Assembly (NCBI RefSeq): GCF_046119375.1
Contig: NW_027362769.1
Span: 365,862,001-365,926,000 of the forward strand
Direction: 5' to 3'
DNA: 64,000 bases
Source of the DNA: Phyllobates terribilis
Lineage: Eukaryota
The notes below the pieces were generated by a model. That model had not been told where the DNA came from. It saw only the letters and a list, made by a program, of their open reading frames with translations, and did no database searches. Each line of letters opens with the position of its first letter. Position 1 is the stretch's first letter. This document shows, piece by piece, positions 1 through 13,881 of the stretch. The position numbers and the translations under genes are program-made.

Positions 1-440
1 GGACAACAGTGTAATTTTCTGAGCAATCTGCAATACATGATCGTACATGTCCTGTCACACACTTCCTCCCTGTAGCTGTACAATTGATCTGTACATGAAT
101 TACTGGATTAAACTACTGGGGAGATGATCGGGGGGATATGGTGGGTCAAAGCAGAATTGGTCTTCCCTGAAATATCGCATGTAGGATGCGTCCCTGGCTA
201 GTATATCGTATAAAGGGAGGTCAGACACACGGGGCACATCACAGCTTTTGGCTGATTCACTCGATATATCTATGAAAGGAAACCGAAGCATCCCTGACCC
301 CGGGTCTTGTATTATAGAAAGCGGAGACTGCTCAACTAAAATCTCCAGACTCCTGTATGGGATGTAAACGACCAATATAAGTCGGTCATAGAACCTCGTG
401 TTATATGGGGACAAAGAACAGAAAAGCCATCAGCCACTGA

Positions 441-1036
<596 letters not shown>

Positions 1037-1070
1037 GCGCCGCTCCTCCACATCTGTCCGAACAACCAAA

Positions 1071-1086
1071 GGCTCTTCTAAGAGCC
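1071..1086 (+). terminator. Histone 3' stem-loop (H2A)
   Basis: CCAAA-GGCTCTTCTAAGAGCC-ACCA, the canonical 6-bp stem with a 4-nt loop. Confidence 0.95.
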
Positions 1087-1930
1087 ACCACATCCTCCTC
1101 ATCAGAGCCGGCACCGCTGATAGCAGGCGATGGTCCACACTATATAGAGAGAACAACACGATCTATTCTATGTTCTACTGTATGATTTACTATAGATCAG
1201 AAATGTAAAGCATTAAATAGGTTGATCCTGCTATATTTCGTAGCGCAGATACTAATTTTAGTCACCCGGCTAATAGAGAGTTAAACGGTGGAGAAAACAC
1301 TTGTATCTGGTATTGGTTGGCGCCTGCTGAGATGTCTGTAATTGGTGGTTTTGAGTTTCCCGCGCAATCTTTCTTTGTGCGTCGGATAATTACCCGCCCC
1401 TCTGCTTGTAGCGGAGATCGCAATCTGAGCAATGCGGTCTGAGCACAGCTCTACCCCTCTGAGAATACAGGGCAGAGCAGCTTTCCCCGAACACGGTAAT
1501 GGTTCTTATCGAAAAGAGGATGGTTCTCCACTAATCATTTATGTGAGGTCATGAACCTTCAGCGGCCTCCATATACACTGAGCCTGATACAAGCCCCGTC
1601 CTCAATCACAGGATCTTATGTTTCCATTCTGTAAGCAGCACTCGGAACATCACTACTGATGGGAGCAGTTGCGTATCTTGTATTAAAGAAAGCTGATACC
1701 GCTTCCATAACTCGGGATATCTACAGATTGCTGTAAGGAACGCAATCAGCCCGTCAAATACTATACATCACTCCAAGCACAACAAACTCATCCCTTCAGT
1801 GCAAGTATCCTGTTATCAATGAGTGAACATTAACTCATGAACAGCGTATAAAGCTTGTACTGTTATTCACACAAGCACAGGGATTGTTACTCCAACAGGA
1901 GATTGTAGCCTCTCATCTAGAAGATGTGGT

Positions 1931-1946
1931 GGCTCTGAAAAGAGCC
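1931..1946 (-). terminator. Histone 3' stem-loop (H4)
   Basis: Reverse complement reads CAAA-GGCTCTTTTCAGAGCC-ACCA. Confidence 0.95.
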
Positions 1947-1978
1947 TTTGGGTTGTCAGGATGGAGCAGAGAACACAA

Positions 1979-2480
<502 letters not shown>

Positions 2481-3695
2481 TCATTGTGCAGTTTCTCTAT
2501 AACGGCACTGACAGTGATTAACCCCCACTTCCATCATACCTGCATATTCGTAACATGCTATTCACTAATGTCCAGGAAGGGTCATTTCCGCACCTTACTA
2601 CTCCCCTCATCATCCCGCGGTCAGCAGCACTGCTCCGATACTGACACCAGCTCATAAGCCGGGAATCCCCTCAGTTTGGCTTACAGAGGGTCTCTTCCTG
2701 CAAGCGATAATGGCAGGACAGTACTGTTATCAATTGGGAACAGAATTATTCCTGTAGAAGATAATGACAACAGCTCAGATTGGTCAAATAAAAAAGGAAC
2801 CGTATAAATAACATAATCACTGAGCAGCTGATTGATTCTCATTCCAGTGGTCCCATATCCAATGGAGAATACACTGTGATCTGGAAGGTGACTACATGAA
2901 TGTGCTCAGTGGAGTTTATCTATAGACCGGACACTTCTCTTCACAGCAGAAGTAGTAACACAATTACATGTAGAAGCTGCGGAAACTACAAGGAGCGGAA
3001 AATTCAAACTCCCTAACGTCCTGTGTTCAGCCAATCAGCAGAGGAAGGGGAGGAGCTAATGTTAAGAATTACCGAATAGGAAGTTCCCGCTCAGGGGCTG
3101 ATGGCTTTTTCTCTTCTTTGTCCTTCTGGATCACGTAGTTTCAGGACTCTCGGAAATCAGGAAATTTGCTTGTGTTGAGCGATCAATGGTCTCTTGGTTC
3201 CATACAGGAATCTTGTTTTCCAGGATCCAGGGAACAGTATCCGCTTTCTATAAACACAAAGTGCAGAACTGATTCTAACAATTGTGACTCCATCACACCA
3301 GCAATATTCCGAGTGCCGGGAATATAAAGAAACGAGATACTGCAGTTTACAGAGAACTTTGAAAGAAGGAGGTGGGGATTTTATAAAATGTAGGTTAATA
3401 TTATCTAGATAAACCTACTACAGAGCTGCAGAGGATATTAGTCTCTTAATCCTGATGCGTTTTCAGGATCAGACCCGTGCGGCTGATAGGAGTCAGCGAG
3501 TGTTCACAGGAGATAGCGCTGGATAATGGACGTCCTATAATGATCGCATCATATACACCAAGAAATCTGCGCATGCTTTCTAGATTTTTTCACAACACAG
3601 TCCAGACTCCAAATAGATTATATAAAGCTGACATTCAATAATCAGGGTAGAGAAGCAGATGTGAGGGATCAGCTCGTTATTATGGAGGATTTGGT

Positions 3696-3711
3696 GGCTC
3701 TGAAAAGAGCC
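3696..3711 (-). terminator. Histone 3' stem-loop (H3)
   Basis: Reverse complement GGCTCTTTTCAGAGCC followed by ACCA. Confidence 0.95.
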
Positions 3712-3742
3712 TTTGTGTTATAGTCAGACGTGTAGGACGGAT

Positions 3743-4266
<524 letters not shown>

Positions 4267-4800
4267 CTAGTTCATAAATTAACATGAGCCGCAAAAACAC
4301 GTGCGATGTCTGCGACCAAACATTATTCACGAAATCAACCCAACACCCAGTAATCCCGCCCTCATAAAGAGGGGCAGGGTCTCTGTTCACACTCTTTTCT
4401 GGCTGCGGATACTGGCACAGGTTCACACCATGTCTACATGCGGCTTCTACAGCAAGAGCCGCAGTCGTCACTGTTCTATGTCACCAGTACACGGAGCTGT
4501 ACAGGCTCTAATCTATCATCAGTCAAATCACTGGTTCTCCAATTCTCACATCGAAGTAATAACCGCACACTAATCCTTTCACTAATAAAGACGCAGGTTA
4601 CAAGTGGTGATTGATTAGGATGATGTAGATTTCTGTAGGACATCGGCCCCTTCCCTCCATTGATTACACTGATCGGTCACCTGCACTGGTGTGATCGGGA
4701 CACAGCGCAGCTCTATGCGGAGATGTGGGGAAAAGCTTATTCATTATAACACTGGAGCCGCTCCCTGTACACACTATAATCTAGAAGCGGCAGCATATAA

Positions 4801-5463
4801 GGGCACTGATCATACAGATCTGCCGGGGACAAGGTGGTGGCACTGATCATACAGCTCTGCAGGGGACAAGGTGGTGGCACTGATCATACAGCTCTGCAGG
4901 GGACAAGGTGGTGGCGCTGATCATACAGCTCTGCAGGGGACAAGGTGGTGGTACTGATCATACAGCTCTGCCGGGGACAAGGTGATGGCACTGATCATAC
5001 AGCTCTGCCAGGGACAAGGTGGTGGCACTGATCATACAGCTCAGCCGAGGACAAGGTGGTGGCACTGATCACACAGCTCTACAAGGAACAAGGTGGTGGC
5101 ACTGGTCACAGCTCTGCCAGGGAAAAGGTGGTGGCACTGATCATACAGCTCTGCAGGGTACAAGGTGGTGGCACTGATCATACAGTCTGAAGGGGACAAG
5201 GTGGTGGCACTGATCATACAGCTCTGCCGGGGACAAGGTGGGGGCACTGATCATACAGCTCTGCCGGGGACAAGGTGGGGGCACTGATCATACAGCTCTG
5301 CAGGGTACAAGGTGGTGGCATTGATAATATAGCTCTGCCGGGACAAGATGATGGCACTGATCATACAGCTCTGCAGGGTACAAGGTGGTGGCACTGATCA
5401 TACAGCTATGAAGGGGACAAGATGATGGCACTGATCATACAGCTCTGCAGGGAACAAGGTGGT
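4801..5463 (-). repeat. 37-bp minisatellite (~18 units) directly downstream of the H1 stem-loop
   Basis: Minus-strand unit CCACCACCTTGTCCCCTGCAGAGCTGTATGATCAGTG repeated in tandem, with minor variants. Confidence 0.95.
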
Positions 5464-5479
5464 GGATCTGAAAAGAGCC
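5464..5479 (-). terminator. Histone 3' stem-loop (H1) with one stem mismatch
   Basis: Reverse complement CAAA-GGCTCTTTTCAGATCC-ACCA; the third pair is C:T instead of C:G. Confidence 0.85.
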
Positions 5480-5509
5480 TTTGTGGGGTAATAACAGGGC
5501 GGCTTTGGA

Positions 5510-6166
5510 TTATTTCTTAGCTGCGGGCTTCTTGGCTTTAGCTGCCTTCTTAGCAGGACTCTTGGCAGCTTTGGGTTTAGCAGCTTTCTTAGCCGGACTC
5601 TTCGTCACCTTCTTGGGCTTCGGAGCGGCCTTTGGCTTCTTGGGGCTCTTGGCCGCCTTCTTGGCTGCTGCTGCTGGCTTCTTGGCCTTTTTCGGGCTCT
5701 TCTTGGCCGCGGTCGGAGCCTTCTTGGGCTTCTTAGGAGACTTGGCGGCTTTCTTGGCTGCAGCAGGCTTCTTGGGCTTGGCCGCAGCTGCTGACTTCTT
5801 CCTGGCCGCTTTGTCCTTAGTCTCCTGCTGCTTCTTGTTCAGCTTGAAGGACCCGGAGGCGCCGCTGCCCTTCACCTGGAGGAGGGCGCCCTTGGTGACC
5901 AGAGACTTGACGGCCAGCTTCAGGCGGCTGTTGTTCTTCTCTACATCGTATCCTCCGGCAGACAGAGCCTTCTTCAGGGCGGCCAGAGACACCCCACTGC
6001 GCTCCTTAGAGGCGGACACGGCTTTCACGATCAGATCGGAGACGCTGGGACCGGAGGGCTTCTTGCTTTTTTTGACGTCCCCGGCGGCGGATTTCTTCGG
6101 CTGCTTCTTGGATTTGGCGGCCGGTTCCGCGGGAGGGGGAGCGGCGGCTGGTGAGGTCACTGCCAT
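5510..6166 (-). CDS. H1: Linker histone H1 (218 aa)
   Basis: Globular domain [29 protein letters not shown]...[12 protein letters not shown] plus a Lys/Ala/Pro-rich tail with SPKK motifs. Confidence 0.97.
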   Translation of the reverse strand: MAVTSPAAAPPPAEPAAKSKKQPKKSAAGDVKKSKKPSGPSVSDLIVKAVSASKERSGVSLAALKKALSAGGYDVEKNNSRLKLAVKSLVTKGALLQVKGSGASGSFKLNKKQQETKDKAARKKSAAAAKPKKPAAAKKAAKSPKKPKKAPTAAKKSPKKAKKPAAAAKKAAKSPKKPKAAPKPKKVTKSPAKKAAKPKAAKSPAKKAAKAKKPAAKK

Positions 6167-6218
6167 CGTGTGCTGCGGAACTACAACAAAACACTGAGGC
6201 CGGAGCTGGAGGCGGCTG

Positions 6219-7023
<805 letters not shown>

Positions 7024-8271
7024 GCTATGCTTTGTTGTTCCCATTATTAAAGAGTGGGTCTCCTATACTGTTATTGCGTATGCAGTAACTATCACTTCCC
7101 GGTGCCTGCGCAATGGAACCCTGCGGCGCAGTGCAGAGAGGGACGGCGCCAGGATGAAGCAAAGCGCGCCTTATGTGAGCGGCACTTTGCTCATGCCCGA
7201 GAAGTGAGGTAGAACAGAGCACATCACAGGGCCGTGTGACGTGTAGGGCAGTGGGGTAATAAGGTAACTAACCATATAGGCGGATATTTTGGGGAACAAT
7301 ATACAGTTAGGTGGGGATTTATTGGCATCCGGGGGATGCCAAGCCTGTGGAAAATAGAGTAGATGAAAACACTTTTCTCTGCAATCAAGCCTCTACTATG
7401 AGCCATACAGGTATGTATAGATTTTCTTTTCTACAACCTGTATGCCCATAGTAGAGGTCTGATATCTCCCAGGGGGTGGCAGATTCCCTTAACAGAATGT
7501 GTCTGTTGTATTTCAAATAAAGTGTTTACTCTGTGTCTGTGTGTTTATTTAACTCTTTACTTTACTTTATTTAGGCTTGGTAATGACAGGGTCTGATTGA
7601 CATTTTGTCATCACCAAACAAAAGAGCTAGGTGTAAGCTAATCCAATTCACCCAATTTTCATCAGCATTCCCATTCATGTAATTTCTGGGGCATCTGAAA
7701 GCTGTTTTAATATTTTTTTTTATTATATGCTCAATCCCCGAAGCCCTATCTTTTGTAAAATAACTAAAAATAAAAAACAACCATATCCCTCACATGTCCG
7801 CTATCATGACGCAATCCAGATTGTCCCTCGGCGATCCGGGTCACATCTACAGCAGTGACTTCAGCAATCACTGATGTCACTGCTGTAGAAGACAGCAATG
7901 TACACTGACAGGGGTGTAATCACTACTGCCAGTATACATTGCAGCTGCAAGAGTGAGGTCACTTGGGTTCATAAGCTGAAGATCAGCTGATCAGCCTCGG
8001 TGATCTCAGACTCAGTGGAATGTGGGAACACTAGTGATGAGCGACCATGCTTGCCACTGCTCGGTACTCGCCGAGCATCTCAGTACTCGAGATGCTGGGA
8101 GCTCGCCGAATACTGCATGTTTGGCGCTATTTAGAGCACCAATCATACAGGGATTGTCTACCACTCACTGTAATGTCACAGCCTTGGTAGATGTGGCATT
8201 ACCCGACAATTTAGAACAGAAAGAATAGAGCATCACACATAGATTAGACAGATAGAAACATGTGAGTCACA

Positions 8272-11200
8272 TCTACTATATAATTGTCTTATCCCATCTG
8301 TCTGTCTATCTGTCTGTCTGTCTTTCTGTTTGTCTGTCCTGGAAATCCCGCGTCGCTCATTGGTCCGGCAGCGGGCAATCAGCGCCGCGGGATTTCTGAA
8401 AAAAGATGGCGGCCGTTAGCGGCTCATCTGGCGGACGGAGGTCAGCGGCGATGCAGCGGGGAGATGAGCGGCGCTAGCAGCACAACTACCCCGACCGGCG
8501 CCGCTGACCTCCATGCGGCTAACGTCGGAAGATCAGCGGCTTGGCCCGTTGATCTCCCGACAGCAAGTGTGAACGGAGGACCGGGGAGCGGTGCCGCCGG
8601 TCGGGACGCTTCTGCTGCGAGCAGTCGCTCATCTCCCGGCTTCTCGCAGCAGATGGAGCCTCACAGGCAGCGGCGCTCCCCGGTCCTCGCTAATACGGAG
8701 CCGCACAAGCAGCGCCGCTCCCGGGCTCACACTAATACGACGCTGATTGGTCGCAGTGGCCATACGCGACCAATCAGCGAGATGGGCGGCAAATTTAAAA
8801 GCCGCTCTGCTGATTGGTCGCGGTGGCCGGGAGTGACCAATGAGCGAGATGGGCGGCAAATTTAAACGCCGCTCTGCTGATTGGTCGCGGTGGCCGGGAG
8901 TGACCAATGAGCGAGATGGGCGGCAAATTTAAACACCGCTCTGCTGATTGGTCACGGTGGCCGGCCGACCGCGACCAATCAGCGAGATGGGCGGCAAATT
9001 TAAACGCCCCACTGCTGATTGGTCGCGGTGGCCGGCCGCGACCAATCAGCGAGATGGGCGGCAAATTTAAACGCCGCTCTGCTGATTGGTCGCGGTGGCT
9101 GCAGCGACCAATCAGCGAGATGGGAGGCAAATTTAAACACCGCTGTGCTGATTGGTTGCGGTGGCCGGCCGTGACCAATTAGCGAGATGGGCGGCAAATT
9201 TAAACGCCGCTGTGCTGATTGGTCGCGGCCGGCCACCGCGACCAATCAGCGAGATGGCCGGGAAATTTAAACGCCGCTCTGCTGATTAATCGCGGCCGGC
9301 CACAACGACCAATGAGCGAGATGGGCGGCAAATTTAAACGCCGTTCTGCTGATTGGTCGCGGTGGCCGGCCGCGACCAATCAGCGAGATGGGCGGCAAAT
9401 TTAGACGCCGCTGTGCTGATTAATCGCGGCCGGCCACCGCGACCAATCAGCGAGATGGGCGGCAAATTTAAACGCCGCTGTGCTGATTGGTCGCGGTGGC
9501 CGGCCGCGACCAATCAGCAAGATGTCTGGCAAATTTAAACGCCGCTCTGCTGATTGGTAGCGGTGGCCGGCTGCAATTAATCAGCGAGATGGGCGGCAAA
9601 TTTAAACGCCACTCTGCTCATTGGTCGCGGCCGGCCACCGCGACCAATCAGCGATATCGGCGGCAAATTTAAATGCCGCTCTGCTGATTGGTCGCGGTGA
9701 CCGCGACCAATCAGCGATATGGGCGGCACATTTAAACGCCGCTCTGCTGATTGGTCGCGGTGGCCGGCCGTCCGCGACCAATCAGCGAGATTGGCGCCAA
9801 ATTTAAACAACGCTCTGCTGATTGGTCGCGGCTGCCAGCCGCGGCCAATCAGCGAGATTGGCGCCAAATTTAAACAACGCTCTGCTGATTGGTCGCTGAC
9901 GCCAGACGCGACCAATCAGCGAGATTGGCGCCAAATTTATACAACGCTCTGCTTATTGGTCGCGGACGGCAGACGCGTCCAATCAGCGAGATTAGCGCCA
10001 AATTTAAACAACGCTCTGCTGATTGGTTGCGGTGGCCGGCCGCAACCAATCAGCGATTTTGGTGCCAATTTGAAACACCGCTCTGCTGATTGTTCGCGGT
10101 CGCCGGCCGCGACCAATGAGCAGTATTGGCGCCAAATTTAAACGCCGCTCTGCTGATTGGTCGCGGTGGCCGACCGCGACCAATCAGAGAGATGGGCGGC
10201 AAATTTAAACGCCGCTCTGCTGATTGGTCGCGGTGGCCGGCCGCGACCAATCAGCGAGATGGCCGGCAAATTTAAACGCCGCTCTGCTCATTGGTCGCGG
10301 TGGCCGTCCGCGACCAATCAGCGAGATGGGCGGCACATTTAAACTCCGCTCTGCTGATTGGTCGCGGTGGCCTGCCATCCGCGACCAATCAGCGAGATTG
10401 GCGCCATATTTAAACAAGGCTCTGCTGATTGGTCGCGGCTGGCAGCCGCGGCCAATCAGCGAGATTGCCGCCAAATTTAAACAACGCTCTGCTGATTGGT
10501 CGCTGACACCAGACGCGACCAATCAGCGAGATTGGCGCCAAATTTAAACAACGCTCTGCTTATTGGTCGCGGACGGCAGACGCGACCAATCAGCGAGATT
10601 AGCGCCAAATTTAAACAACGCTCTGCTGATTGGTTGCGGTGGCCGGCCGCGACCAATCAGCGATTTTGGTGCCAATTTAAAACACCGCTCTGCTGATTGG
10701 TCGCGGTCGTCGGCCGCGACCAATGAGCAGTATTGGCGCCAAATTTAAACCCCGCTCTGCTAATTGGTCGCGGCCGACGGTCACGACCAATCAGCAATTT
10801 TGGTGCCAAATTTAAACAACGCTCTGCTGATTGGTCGCGGTCACCGGCCGCGAACAATCAGCAGTATTGGCGCAAAATTTAAACCCCGCTCTGCTGATTG
10901 GTCGCGACCGCCGGGCGCGACCAATCAGCGATTTTGGCGCCAAATTTAAACACCGCTTCGCTGATTGGTCGTGGTGGCCGGCCGTGACCATTAAGCGATA
11001 TTGGCGCCATATTTAAACACCGCTCTGCTCATTGGTCGCGGTTACCGGTCACGAATAACCAGCATTATTGGCGACAAATTTAAACACTGCTCTGCTGATT
11101 AGTCGCGGCCGTGACCAATCACCATTATTGGCGACAAATTTAAATAACGCTCTGCTGATTGGTCGCGACCGCCGGCCGCGACCAATCAGCATATTGGCGC

Positions 11201-11424
11201 CAAATTTAAACCCCGCTCTGCTGATTAGTCGCGACCGCCGGCAGTGACAAATCTGCGATATAGGCGCCAAATTTTAACACCGCTTTGCTAATTGGTCGCG
11301 GTTGCCGGCCTCGACCAATCAGCGATTTTGGCGCCAAATTTAAATACCGCTCTGCTGATTGCGCCCGGTCGGCCGCATACCTATTCTAGAATACCCGATG
11401 CGTTAGAATCGGGCCACCATCTAG
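8272..11424 (+). mobile_element. Non-autonomous Helitron (copy 1)
   Basis: Inserted at A|T. 5' end TCTACTATATAA followed by a (TCTG)n tract; 3' hairpin CCCGAT-GCGTTAGA-ATCGGG (11394-11413) and terminal CTAG; no RepHel ORF. Confidence 0.88.
8742..11360. repeat. ~67-bp palindrome-containing minisatellite inside the Helitron (~39 units)
   Basis: Unit GCTGATTGGTCGCGG(TGG)CCGGCCGCGACCAATCAGC-GAGATGGGCGGCAAATTTAAACGCCGCTCT and variants. Confidence 0.93.
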
Positions 11425-12179
11425 TATATAATAAGTACAGTGACAGTGTTGGTTACTGTACTTGTCATTTAGTGTTAAAATAAAGGATTTATTAAAAAAA
11501 AAATTGGCGTGGGGTTCCCCGTTATTTTAGTCTCTAGCGGAGGTTAAGCAGATGGCTGGGGCAGATGTTTGAAGCCTGGGAAGGGGGTAATTCCCACGGA
11601 GCTTCCCAGGCTACTAATATCAGCCCCCAGCTGAATACCTAGCCTTTACTAGCTATTAAAATGGGGGACATGAACTCGACTCATCTGGATGCCGTCACAG
11701 CCAGACACTGAGGAGCTTCACTGAGGAGCTTCTCAGTGTCTGCGGCATGGCAAACTGGATGGCAGCGTTCTGCTGCGATCCAGCCTGTCATGTCAATGTA
11801 GCAGAGCTAAAGCCATCCTGGGAACCATGGAAAGGTAAGGAATCCTAACCTCTAGTATTAAAACCTTACGTATGTAAAGTGACGTAATGTTAATAAGGGA
11901 TGAGAAGGCCTGAGACCTGGCTAATGGACACCCAGCCATGGAGAAATATACAAATGTAATGTCCAGCTCAAGGAAAAAGGAAACCACTCCTTTATTTGCA
12001 AAGAGTGCAAAAATCCTGAAACCGAAGCCTAAAGAGAAAAAGTGGAAAATAAATGCATGTGCATGCACTGTGTAGGCCCATGTTCACACTGGCCACCAAA
12101 CATTCCAGGGGGCATCGTTTTTCTACAAGAGGTGTATATGATTATATTCCAGGCGGATGTTATTTAACGTAATGTTAGT

Positions 12180-13050
12180 ATAAAAAATATATAAAACAAC
12201 TTGCGCTAGTGTATAGGGTATGTGGCAAGAAATAACATTGAAGATGTTAAAAATGTCCAATTTTATTTAAATATGTAGGTTACAAGAAGTTAAAAATCAT
12301 TGCTCGGTATAGAAATTTGAAAAGATTGAAATTTGGACGTGACGCTATCCCAGACATTAACACACAATATCGCATACGGGAAGGATTAGTTTTTGAAGTT
12401 GTGAACGAGGCCATAGCCAGTCCACCACCATCGGACACCCAAATATCAGAGGACAGATTTTCCACCCATCCAACACCAGACTATTATCATCAAACACAAC
12501 TGGATGGCCATAGAGGCACAACAACCAGCCCTCAACCTTCCACTGAAGCTACCTCCCCAATACTTACGCCCATTAACACACAAAACCGCTTTGACCCACT
12601 GGAAAAAAATTAATGAATACCCTAGCAATAATAATCAATATCCTACCGCCTCCCAAGACAACGGCTTGAGAACCAGATCGAACTCTCAACACCCACAAAT
12701 TAGTAAAAGGGCCAGCAACTCAAATTTTTTTCAGTTGGCCCAAAGAAAAGGCGCCAAAGGGGCTGTAGAGTAGGGCAATTCTCCAAAAAGAAGAAACAAT
12801 TAGAAGAGATAAACAGTAAAGGTGATTCTATTTTTAACCTAAGTAAACACAACCTAAAACCCAATGAAATCAACCTACTTAATAAGGGCCTGAAGTTTGC
12901 CCCCTCGATAGGCCTTAACAAATTTCAGGCCTTTATTGGAATCAAACAATTCATGAGAAAATTGGCTCTCAAAAAATATTACATAAAAAAGGAAACCCAA
13001 ACTCCAACACAGGATCAAGCTAATCCGCCCACTTCATCGTATATACACAC
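12180..13050 (+). mobile_element. Penelope-like element, 5' part (inverted pLTR fragment plus N-terminal ORF remnant)
   Basis: 12180-12302 is the reverse complement of 31096-31217. The + strand near 12835-12980 reads NLSKHNLKPNEINLLNKGLKFAP...FMRKLALKKYY, the typical PLE N-terminal block. Confidence 0.78.
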
Positions 13051-13881
13051 CAGGGCCGGCTCCAGGTTTTTGTGGGCCCCGGGCGAAAGAGTCTCAGTGG
13101 GCCCCTTTAACAGATATTATGATTCCAGATGCACCCCTTAAGTGTGTAAGCCCCCCAACATGCAGCATCAGTCAAATTCTACATGCAAGAGGAATGAAAT
13201 GCAACAACACCCCCTTACATATGCAAGGCGCCAACATGCAACATAAAGGGTATGTGCACACGGTCAGTAAACGCTGCTGATTGGATGCAGCACACTTGCG
13301 CTGCGTGCAAACCACAGCATTCGATAATACAAGCAAAGTGGATGGGATTTGAAGAAATCCCATGCCCACTATGCATCTCCAGGCACCTGCGGATCACCCG
13401 CGGACACGGACTTGCGGCGCGTCTTTCCGTCAATTTCTCTTGCGGAGTCGCTAGTCTCCACAAGAGAAATTAGATCAGTGCAATGTATAGGATGGGGTGA
13501 ATCCGCATGGTTCAATGAACACATGCGGATTCACCTGCGTGCAGCGCTTTGGACGCAGCATAAAGTATACTGCGTTCAAAGCGTTGACAGTACAGATGGT
13601 GTGCCCATAACTCATTCCCTGTAAAAGCCCCCACAACATGCAACACATGCATGCATCACCCCCTTCCCTGTGCTAGACCCTCAACATCACCCACTTACAT
13701 ATGCAAGTCCCCAACATGCAACATCACTTCCCTATGCAATTCCCCACAATATGCAGTGCCATGCATGCATCACGCCCTTCCCTCTGCTAGACCCTCAACA
13801 TCACCCACTTATATATGCAAGTCCCCAACATGCAACATCACTTCCCTATGCAATTCCCCACAATATGCAATGCCATGCATG

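Noticed and set aside
8742-11360. CRISPR-like appearance of regularly spaced palindromes
   Set aside because: The spacers are themselves repeated, there are no cas genes, the context is eukaryotic, and the array lies within Helitron termini.
8284-11483. Many short ORFs (MVA...RDQSA...) in the Helitron arrays, also at 23984-25671
   Set aside because: Translations of a stop-poor GC-rich minisatellite on both strands, mostly with non-ATG starts.
13246-13600. Possible Harbinger-type MITE starting GGGTATGTGCACACG
   Set aside because: Only one terminus is recognisable; no matching TIR or TSD was found.
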